Source: a virus
Strand: one strand, 5' to 3'
Virus record (IMG/VR): IMGVR_UViG_3300045988_139610
DNA length: 64,000 nucleotides
Shown here: piece by piece, positions 8,897 to 16,429 of the stretch
Layout: each line of letters begins with the position of its first letter
How positions within the stretch are numbered: position 1 is the first letter of the stretch
Position numbers and translations under genes: made by a program
The notes under the pieces: model-generated
Told to the model about the DNA's origin: nothing
Seen by the model: the letters and a program-made list of their open reading frames with translations, nothing else
Databases searched by the model: none

Positions 8897-9361
8897 TTAA
8901 TATAAATTAATAACACCATAATCAATAAACATATTTTCTGGTTCTTTATTGATTATTTTCTTTGCCTTATCTAAATCAATCTCTTTGAATTTATTATAAT
9001 TCATATCAAATAATACACAGCTATACTTTAAATGATATGTTAATTCTAAATATTTCTCATATGATATTACTCTAAATTGTAAATGTATGTTTATATCTAA
9101 ATTATCAAAATAAAATTTTAATACAACTAAATAAAAATCTTTACATTTAATTTTATCATACGATAATGATGTTTCAAATGTATTAATAGCAGTCAATAAC
9201 TTATCTAACATAATATCTATATTTCTATCTGATACAACTAGAATTATATTTGTTAAATCAATTAAATTACAATATTCACTTTCTATATTAAATTTCCAGC
9301 AATTTAATAAATCATGTATTGTATCTATTGTTTCTGTTTTATTCCTTTGTATTACATCCAA
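8897..9361 (-). CDS. hypothetical protein
   Basis: ORF directly behind a class-B promoter, TTG start after GGGGTGAT. Confidence 0.5.
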   Translation of the reverse strand: MDVIQRNKTETIDTIHDLLNCWKFNIESEYCNLIDLTNIILVVSDRNIDIMLDKLLTAINTFETSLSYDKIKCKDFYLVVLKFYFDNLDINIHLQFRVISYEKYLELTYHLKYSCVLFDMNYNKFKEIDLDKAKKIINKEPENMFIDYGVINLY

Positions 9362-9372
9362 TTTACATCACC

Positions 9373-9417
9373 CCTTATATTTAATATATTAACAATTAAT
9401 GAGTAAAAATTACCTAT
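9373..9417 (-). promoter_or_regulatory. class-B phage promoter/leader
   Basis: Sense CATAGGTAATTTTTACTCATTAATTGTTAATATATTAAATATAAGGGGTGAT. Confidence 0.6.
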
Positions 9418-9419
9418 GA

Positions 9420-9638
9420 ATTTGAATTTTTATTATTGTCACTTTGAATTTATGAATGTAATGAATAAATGAAAAAGTGAAGAGGAAAGAGTTTAATCGG
9501 TTTTAAATTAAACTCTTGACGAATAGCTCCCTATATAATACTTTTTTATAAGAGATAACTATTTTTAATATTGAAATATCATAATTTTATCGTATTATTT
9601 TAAAAGTGTATTTTTAATTTTGTTGCTTTTTATCTTAA
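9420..9638 (-). repeat. conserved non-coding element E1 downstream of SF2 helicase-like gene (partner E2 at 59121..59361)
   Basis: Blocks shared with E2: TTTATCGTATTATTTTA (9586-9602), TATAAGAGA, GAATAGCTC (9521-9529). 11-bp perfect hairpin at 9487-9517. Confidence 0.6.
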
Positions 9639-10847
9639 TTATTGTTGTAACCAATTTTCTAATAAATTTCTCATTCTTTTAGATGGTATATAAATATTAA
9701 TTTTCTTTCCATCTCTTAACTGTGACCTAAATATCCATTGAATCAATTCTGATAATGCAAATGTATTCTCATCGACTTTAACGTCTTTACTCCTAAAGAA
9801 TTTTAATATCATTGGATTATTGAATATGTTTACTATATATGCTAAATTTTTCTTATGTCTATATTCATTAGTTGCTCTAGCATTACAGCTTACGAAACCT
9901 TTAGTGTATCCTTTACCTTTACATTTAGATTTATAATCTTTAAATGTAGTCCACATATTTTCTTGACTTTTTGATTTTACTTTATGTTGAAAATAATTTA
10001 GTATATTATTTTTTAATACATCAAATCCATCTCCCTTGCTTTCATCTTGTTTCATATACCAAGATTTACTTAACGCATATTTATCTTCACCTATTTTATT
10101 TAACTTTTTATCGTCACATATATTTACTAATTCTTTTATATGAGATAAATCTTCATGTTTATTATAATCCACAATTTCATATTTGTTATTAATTTTATTC
10201 ACTGATTTATATTCATACTCGACATTATTCATATCGTAATAATACCTTTGTATTTGCCCTGTAAACATATAAGTTAAGATATAAGTGTGCTTTAAAGCTC
10301 TCATAATAGAGACTGGGAAAGTCCATAATATAAAGCAATTATCATATATGTAACAATCTCCTTTTTCAATTGCATTTTTATATTTAAATAATGTCCCTTT
10401 GTAATTTTTATCAATCCATGTTAACTTACCATCTTCAGATACATCAACTTTATCTCTAAGCAATATTTCTCTATCTGATTTAGTTATTTTTATTTCTTCT
10501 AAAACATTAAATACCTCGTCAAGTATTAAAGTGTAATTATACTCTTTTAGATATTTCAAAGTGCTTTCATCTATCATAGCAAATAGTGAATGCGTGGATA
10601 CGATATTCTTACCTTGACTTAACAATTTGTTAAAGTCTTTTAATTTAGAACCTTCACCTCTGTCTGTTTTAGGTTCATAGAAAGCTCTATCTACACACCC
10701 ATCTAACACTCTTTGTATTTCATCTAAATAAGGTGTAATGTAAATAAATTTTTTATTTGTGTTTGTATTCATATAATCGATTGCCCAGCTTGTTTTACCT
10801 GCTCCTGGTATGCAATCAACTACTGTTACTTTGCATTGATTTTCCAT
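9639..10847 (-). CDS. SF2 helicase-like P-loop ATPase (paralog 1)
   Basis: Walker A PGAGKTS, ITPYL, STHSLF, Walker B LILDEVF, RATN, and motif VI-like LIQWIFRSQLRD. Confidence 0.6.
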   Translation of the reverse strand: MENQCKVTVVDCIPGAGKTSWAIDYMNTNTNKKFIYITPYLDEIQRVLDGCVDRAFYEPKTDRGEGSKLKDFNKLLSQGKNIVSTHSLFAMIDESTLKYLKEYNYTLILDEVFNVLEEIKITKSDREILLRDKVDVSEDGKLTWIDKNYKGTLFKYKNAIEKGDCYIYDNCFILWTFPVSIMRALKHTYILTYMFTGQIQRYYYDMNNVEYEYKSVNKINNKYEIVDYNKHEDLSHIKELVNICDDKKLNKIGEDKYALSKSWYMKQDESKGDGFDVLKNNILNYFQHKVKSKSQENMWTTFKDYKSKCKGKGYTKGFVSCNARATNEYRHKKNLAYIVNIFNNPMILKFFRSKDVKVDENTFALSELIQWIFRSQLRDGKKINIYIPSKRMRNLLENWLQQ

Positions 10848-10851
10848 AATA

Positions 10852-11436
10852 TTACTCTCCTTTATTAATTATTTTTTCTTTTTCAAAGCAATGTTTACAC
10901 ATGGACTTATATCTTTCATTACCGCCTATTTCGATTTGTTCTCCGTCTAGAAGTATTTCTCCGTTTTCGTTTATGCGTGCGTTTATTGTTGCCTTTTTGC
11001 CACATGCACAAACTGTTTTTAACTCTCTAATATCGTCAGCTAATTCAAATAATGCTTTACTTCCTTCAAAGAAGCATTGTCTAAAGTCTGTTTTTAATCC
11101 GAAGCAAACTACTGTATATTTAAGAGAGATTTCGTATAATTCTCTTACTTGTTTTTGTGTTAAAAATTGAGCTTCGTCGACCATTATTATAGTTTGTTGT
11201 TGAAAACTATCTGTAAAATTAAAATCTTTATCAATTAACTCACATTCTGTTTCTAAGCCTATCCTTGAAGAAATTGTATTTCCCCTTTTATTAGTTTTAA
11301 AACTCTTTCTAGTATCTAACGAAGGTTTATATACTATTACTTTATACCCTGCTTTTTCATAATTATATTTCCAAGTGAGAAGTTGTAAACTTTTACCAGA
11401 CCCCATTGTACCATAACAAAATATTAATTTACTCAT
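10852..11436 (-). CDS. tdk: thymidine kinase
   Basis: GTMGSGKS, VDEAQFL, and zinc-site Cys pairs CACGKKA and CKHC. Confidence 0.9.
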   Translation of the reverse strand: MSKLIFCYGTMGSGKSLQLLTWKYNYEKAGYKVIVYKPSLDTRKSFKTNKRGNTISSRIGLETECELIDKDFNFTDSFQQQTIIMVDEAQFLTQKQVRELYEISLKYTVVCFGLKTDFRQCFFEGSKALFELADDIRELKTVCACGKKATINARINENGEILLDGEQIEIGGNERYKSMCKHCFEKEKIINKGE

Positions 11437-11451
11437 TTTGTTCCTCCTTTA

Positions 11452-12492
11452 TTAATTATTTTTTAATAATAAATTTACAAATAATTCTTCCAAAACATTA
11501 ACAACTATACTATTTCCTGCTTGTTTATATAGTTGAGTATCACTAATTTTATTTTCTTTTAATTTAAAATAATCTTTATCGTCAAATCCCATCAATCTAA
11601 AACATTCTAGTGGTGTCAGCCTTCTTATATCATAGTTATTTATTTCATTAATTTTTTCTAATAAATCATTACTTGATAAAAATTTATTAGTATATTCTAT
11701 ATATTCATATGGTAAATCTATATCAATAATATAATTGTCGTCCATTCTACTTCCCGCTTTAGTAGTTAAAGTATATGCTATATTGGCATTCTTTTTAACA
11801 TGAGGTCTAAACTTAAATGTATTTCCTTTTTGTTCCTGTTTAAAACTATTATTTATATAAAAATCTTTTGTTTTTAATAAATTATATTTTTTATCTACAT
11901 TTTCTTCTAACAAGTCTTTTAATGTTATGGTAAGTTCTTTTTCTTCTGGAAATTCATAAGGTTTATGTTTACCTAATACACTTATACAATATATTCGTCT
12001 TCTATTTTGAGGAATTCCATAATCTATAGCGTTTAATACTTTATAATAAGATGTATATCCTATCTCTTCTAATACGTCGATATATTTTTGAAAATTATGT
12101 ATATGTTTTTTATGTAACACATTCCTTACGTTTTCCCAAATAACATATTTTGGTTTACAATGTTTTATTATCTCAACGCTATTCCACATCAAACTACTTT
12201 TTGTTCCACTACCTTCGTCAGCTCCATCTTGTGCCCCTACACTTGAAAAGCTTTGACAAGGTGACCCATGTGTTATAATATCTATATTTTTGGGCAAATC
12301 AAATATGTTTATTTTTGTTATATCTTTTAAATTTAATTCTTCTGATACGTTATGTATTATACTATAAGATTTACTGGCAAATTTATCTATTTCACAATAA
12401 TTAACCAATTCATAATCAACACCTATATTGTTCAATGCTTTTTCAAAAGCACCTATCCCACTAAATAAACTTAACATCCTCAACTTTTCCAT
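11452..12492 (-). CDS. dcm: DNA (cytosine-5) methyltransferase
   Basis: C5-MTase motifs FSGIGAFE (I), GSPCQSFS (IV), ENV (VI), QNRRR (VIII) and GNS (X). Confidence 0.9.
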   Translation of the reverse strand: MEKLRMLSLFSGIGAFEKALNNIGVDYELVNYCEIDKFASKSYSIIHNVSEELNLKDITKINIFDLPKNIDIITHGSPCQSFSSVGAQDGADEGSGTKSSLMWNSVEIIKHCKPKYVIWENVRNVLHKKHIHNFQKYIDVLEEIGYTSYYKVLNAIDYGIPQNRRRIYCISVLGKHKPYEFPEEKELTITLKDLLEENVDKKYNLLKTKDFYINNSFKQEQKGNTFKFRPHVKKNANIAYTLTTKAGSRMDDNYIIDIDLPYEYIEYTNKFLSSNDLLEKINEINNYDIRRLTPLECFRLMGFDDKDYFKLKENKISDTQLYKQAGNSIVVNVLEELFVNLLLKNN

Positions 12493-12520
12493 AATATTAC
12501 CTCCTTTTAATTTATTATAT

Positions 12521-12563
12521 CTTATATTACAGTATTAACATAACTTACTTAAAAATTACCTAT
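12521..12563 (-). promoter_or_regulatory. class-B phage promoter/leader
   Basis: Sense CATAGGTAATTTTTAAGTAAGTTATGTTAATACTGTAATATAAG. Confidence 0.55.
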
Positions 12564-12609
12564 GGATGAAAATTATTTTATTAATTATTTTCATCGCCCT
12601 ATATTAATA

Positions 12610-12637
12610 AGTATACCATATTGTAAAAATTTGTCAA
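12610..12637 (-). promoter_or_regulatory. class-A sigma-A-type promoter
   Basis: Sense TTGACA-N16-TATACT. Confidence 0.6.
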
Positions 12638-12644
12638 TACTTTT

Positions 12645-12682
12645 TTAAATAAAAAATCACCACCTTTTTACAGATGGTGATG
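12645..12682 (-). terminator. rho-independent terminator after the DGQHR gene
   Basis: Sense ATCACCA-loop-TGGTGAT followed by TTTTTTATTT, starting 4 nt after the stop. Confidence 0.7.
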
Positions 12683-12685
12683 AAA

Positions 12686-13810
12686 TTATAAATTACTATA
12701 AAACTCTTGTTTAAACACCCTTATCATTAATGCTCTTGATTGTTTAGTGTTAATTGTGATATAAGTTTCTTTTCCTTCTTTAATTATGCAATCCCAAATA
12801 CTATTAGACTTTGAAAAATCTATTTCTTCTAAAGCTTTCAATTCTTCTTTCCACTTGCCAGATTTTCGCTTCATGTATAAATCTTCTGCTAGTGATATAT
12901 AAGCATGGAACATAATATCTTCACATTCTAATGATTCTTTTCTAATTAATATACGTCCTTCTCCATCTTTCATGTGGGGGAATAAACAAAATAGTTCATT
13001 GAAAAATGAAGATAAAAACATATATATTTCCTTCTCTTCTGATTCATTTTTAATTGAGGGGAACGATTCATCTATTGCCATTTTTAGGGTATTAAAAGTT
13101 ACTATGTGTTCCATATCATCTTTGCTTACGCTATTTTTTCTTACGTCAATCATGCCTTTAAGAACAGAATGTTCATTTAACCTTAATATGATTCGGTTGC
13201 TAGCTTTAGTGCTGTCAAAACTCTCGGCTAAAGATTTACTTATTTTTAATCCTTTAGACATTTGAGAAAACACAATCTTGGCTTTAGAATCACTGTAATG
13301 AGTTAACATAATTGGAAATATAGTATTTTTCACATTCTTAATTAATTCTTCATCGCCAAGTATTTGAGAAGATTTATAAGCTCGGTAACATGCTTTAACT
13401 CTATGATTTCCGTCTAATAAAGCTATGCTTCCTTTAATAAAAAGTTCTCTTTTATCTTTATTATAATTAATTAATCCTTTACCATTATTAAGCACATTGA
13501 ATGTTAATTGAGTAGTTCCTAGTTGCCCTTTTAATATTAAATTCTGCATTTCTAATATGTTTGATTGTTTTGTTATTGTTTCTTCTTTTATTTTATTATT
13601 AATTTTTTTATATTTCACTCCACGTTGAGTAGGAATGTAATATGTCAATTCCTCTTTATCCCACATTCTACCGATTTCTTCTGCTGATAGGTGTGTAAGA
13701 TATTTGTTATTGCCTAAATCTATTACATCTTTAAAAGTTTTAAGTACGAAAAATTCTTTTTCATTTTCTTTATAAATATTATTTTTATTTATAATTTTCA
13801 CATTAATCAC
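12686..13810 (-). CDS. DGQHR-domain (DndB-like / ParB-nuclease-fold) protein
   Basis: LLDGNHRVKA (DG[QN]HR motif) and upstream IPTQRGV (QR motif). The real start is probably the GTG at 13799-13801, 5 nt after AGAGGTGA. Confidence 0.5.
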   Translation of the reverse strand: MINVKIINKNNIYKENEKEFFVLKTFKDVIDLGNNKYLTHLSAEEIGRMWDKEELTYYIPTQRGVKYKKINNKIKEETITKQSNILEMQNLILKGQLGTTQLTFNVLNNGKGLINYNKDKRELFIKGSIALLDGNHRVKACYRAYKSSQILGDEELIKNVKNTIFPIMLTHYSDSKAKIVFSQMSKGLKISKSLAESFDSTKASNRIILRLNEHSVLKGMIDVRKNSVSKDDMEHIVTFNTLKMAIDESFPSIKNESEEKEIYMFLSSFFNELFCLFPHMKDGEGRILIRKESLECEDIMFHAYISLAEDLYMKRKSGKWKEELKALEEIDFSKSNSIWDCIIKEGKETYITINTKQSRALMIRVFKQEFYSNL

Positions 13811-13821
13811 CTCTTATATAA

Positions 13822-13850
13822 ATGATAACATATAAGATGATTAATGTCAA
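13822..13850 (-). promoter_or_regulatory. class-A sigma-A-type promoter for the DGQHR gene
   Basis: Sense TTGACA-N17-TATCAT, directly preceded by the 17-mer. Confidence 0.65.
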
Positions 13851-13871
13851 TACTATCTTTAAATTTATTAA

Positions 13872-14607
13872 TTATTTTCTTTTATAATTTTTATAATACT
13901 CCTTCTTTATTTCTTTTTTCTTTTTCAATATTCTGACTCTGCTATACTCTACTTGCTCCTTGTCTATTTCACTTGCAATGTAATAAATATTTTCATTAAT
14001 TGTTGCTAAACATGTACTCCCAGTCCCACAAAACGTGTCAAAGACAATTCCTCTTTTTTTCACATACATATTTAATAATTCTTTTACTAATTCAGTTGAA
14101 AATACATGATGATTAAATGTTTTAACTCCTTTGTCTCTAACTGGTGCATTAATTATATTAGATATATTAGTATATGTTTTTTGTCCGTTCTCTCTGTGGC
14201 TTTTAACCTTTTTGTTAGTCTTGTAAGTTTTGAATTCATTCTTTCTGCAAAATAAATGTATTTGTGATACATTTTTTGTTGATTGATTACAACTCATATT
14301 ATCTGGTAAAATACCAACTTTATTCCAATATATAATGTCACCTAATTGAAATTCTGTATTCATTTCTATTTCATTTATTATTTGGAATATTTCACTTGGT
14401 TTCTTTCTGTTATATGGGATTTCAATTAATATTGTTCCATTATCTACTAATATTTTATCAAACTGTTGAAATAGATTTATGTAGTCCTCCTTAGATAAGT
14501 TAGGGAGGACTTTGAGTCAGTATAACATCTACTTTGAAATTTTCTTCAACCATTTGTTCCATTAGAGAAAAACAATCTGTATTATATATTACATTTTTTT
14601 CAATCAT
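13872..14607 (-). pseudogene. beta-class N4-C/N6-A DNA methyltransferase disrupted at the (S/D)PPY motif
   Basis: ATG at 14605-14607. MIEKNVIYNTDCFSLMEQMVEENFKVDVILTQSPP-TAA(14500-14502). The +1 frame continues NLSKEDYINLFQQFDKILVDNG.. into track ORF 13872..14363, which carries motif I FDTFCGTGST. Total length is 736 nt (3n+1). Confidence 0.7.
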
Positions 14608-14624
14608 ATCATTCTCCTTTTATA

Positions 14625-15359
14625 TTAATCTCTTTTTTTTGGACTTCCACAATTCATTTTACCTTCTGGACAAGACCCATATTGACAAGGTGCTCCTATT
14701 TTACTAAATAACAATGGTGCTTCTTCTCTGCATATTTCTAACATTTTCTCTGCAAGTTCTCTAATTTCTTCTTGTGCTCTATTACAACATCTTTTACTAA
14801 AGAAATTATATAAACTTCTAACATTCATTGTAACTATTATTTTAGTTTCTGAAGCATTAGGTAAAACATATCTTGCATTTTCATTAGCCACTTTAGTTGA
14901 ATTCATGCCATAAGTAGGATAATCATTTTCTTCAACATATTGTTTTATATTTTTTTGCCATTTTAAGTACATAGCATGAATTGAGTGCATATCATTTTCG
15001 TATTCTTTAACATAATCTTCTCCCATTTCTTTAATTATGCTAGGAGTTATAAATTCAAATTTACCTTCTTCTTCCTTAACATATCTTTGAGATTGTTGAC
15101 TGTAAGATGCTATTCTATGTCTTACTAATTGATGAGTTAAAGCTCTACTAACACCTTCCACTGCAAATGAAAAACTACAATGTTCTAATGGAGACTCATG
15201 TCCCATATCTATTAATCTTTTTATAAAACCTTGTATTTTATCTTCTGTTAAACCTTCTTCTAATTCGTCTATACCTACAGGACTATAACATAATTTACCT
15301 GCCATAGCTATAACTTCTTCTACATTTCCATATTTCCCAATTAATTTTACTTTCATCAT
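14625..15359 (-). CDS. thyX: flavin-dependent thymidylate synthase
   Basis: ThyX signature LTHQLVRHRIASYSQQSQRY (RHRxxSxxxxSxR). Confidence 0.9.
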   Translation of the reverse strand: MMKVKLIGKYGNVEEVIAMAGKLCYSPVGIDELEEGLTEDKIQGFIKRLIDMGHESPLEHCSFSFAVEGVSRALTHQLVRHRIASYSQQSQRYVKEEEGKFEFITPSIIKEMGEDYVKEYENDMHSIHAMYLKWQKNIKQYVEENDYPTYGMNSTKVANENARYVLPNASETKIIVTMNVRSLYNFFSKRCCNRAQEEIRELAEKMLEICREEAPLLFSKIGAPCQYGSCPEGKMNCGSPKKRD

Positions 15360-15392
15360 ATTATCATTCTCCTTTTTTATTAATTATTTTTA

Positions 15393-15644
15393 TTATATTC
15401 TATCTAACATTTCTTGCATAACTTTTATTGAATCTTCTAAGAATTTTTTATCTACCAAATCTATATTTATATAATCTGGTACAGTAATTACGTCTCCTTT
15501 GAATATTTTCCTAACACGATTATGAAAATCTGAAAGTTCTTCGTCCGTAGCTATTGGTTCTCCGTCAATTGTTTTATATCTAAATAAAAGTATATCTCCT
15601 TCTTTTGGCTTTAATACGTTTATTTCGTATTCTAATTTATCCAT
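15393..15644 (-). CDS. hypothetical protein
   Basis: AAAGGAGGATTTATT precedes the ATG at 15642-15644 (MDKLEYE..). The track ORF extends further upstream. Confidence 0.5.
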   Translation of the reverse strand: MDKLEYEINVLKPKEGDILLFRYKTIDGEPIATDEELSDFHNRVRKIFKGDVITVPDYINIDLVDKKFLEDSIKVMQEMLDRI

Positions 15645-15660
15645 AATAAATCCTCCTTTA

Positions 15661-15963
15661 TTAATTATTTTCATTTTCAAAATCTTTTAATACTTCTAAC
15701 ATTGCTTTATTTCCATTTTTGTCTTTAAATATATTAAATATAAAAAATGTACTGTTTTCAATTAAAGTAAATAAGTTATAGATAGGTAATATAGAATTTA
15801 TTATTATTTTTTTTCGTTTAATATGTCTGTCATATATTATTATTCCTAATTGATGTGCTAACAGCACATCAACAAATTCTGTATTTTTATTTAAATCATT
15901 TTTTAGTTTTAATCCTAATATTATATTTAAAATACTTATTACTCCATATATTTTTAATAACAT
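15661..15963 (-). CDS. hypothetical protein, hydrophobic N-terminus
   Basis: ORF in the array. IYGVISILNIILGL is a hydrophobic stretch. Ends ..NN* inside the 17-mer. Confidence 0.45.
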   Translation of the reverse strand: MLLKIYGVISILNIILGLKLKNDLNKNTEFVDVLLAHQLGIIIYDRHIKRKKIIINSILPIYNLFTLIENSTFFIFNIFKDKNGNKAMLEVLKDFENENN

Positions 15964-16317
15964 TTATTCCACCTCACTTTCATAAACATTTATTACTCGG
16001 AATATTGGCAATACAGATGATATTTCGTCATATTTTTTTTCATATATTGTACCTTCTGCTATTTCGCATAGAAAAATTGTTTTTAATTTATTTGTAACAC
16101 CCATATCGTCTATTGTTGTTTCTACTATAGATATATTATACAAATTATTACTATTGGTGATAACACTTAATAAAAATTTTCTGATTTCGTTTGTAAATAC
16201 TTCATTATCTATATACAATAATACGTCTTTTCCTTTTTTATAAATTTTATAACCATTTATAGTCCTTAAATATAAATCATTTATTTTTATATGGTCTATA
16301 TTTTTAATACAATACAT
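15964..16317 (-). CDS. hypothetical protein
   Basis: ORF in the array, behind a class-B promoter plus leader. Confidence 0.5.
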   Translation of the reverse strand: MYCIKNIDHIKINDLYLRTINGYKIYKKGKDVLLYIDNEVFTNEIRKFLLSVITNSNNLYNISIVETTIDDMGVTNKLKTIFLCEIAEGTIYEKKYDEISSVLPIFRVINVYESEVE

Positions 16318-16383
16318 ATTATTCTCCTCCTTATTTGTTATTTTTATTAATATTTTATTTACATTTTACATTTTTATCGCCTC

Positions 16384-16427
16384 CTTATATTACTATATTA
16401 ACTAAAGTTATTTAAAAATTACCTATG
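16384..16427 (-). promoter_or_regulatory. class-B phage promoter/leader with ATG-TAA start-stop unit
   Basis: Sense CATAGGTAATTTTTAAATAACTTTAGTTAATATAGTAATATAAGGAGGCGATAAAAATGTAA (ATG 16369-16371, TAA 16366-16368). Confidence 0.6.
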
Positions 16428-16429
16428 AT

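Noticed and set aside
9520-9610. T7-like promoter resemblance in element E1 (sense TAATACGAT ... TATAGGGAGC).
   Set aside because: The two halves are about 60 nt apart, not contiguous. E2 lacks the TATAGGGAG part. No single-subunit RNA polymerase gene is present in the window.
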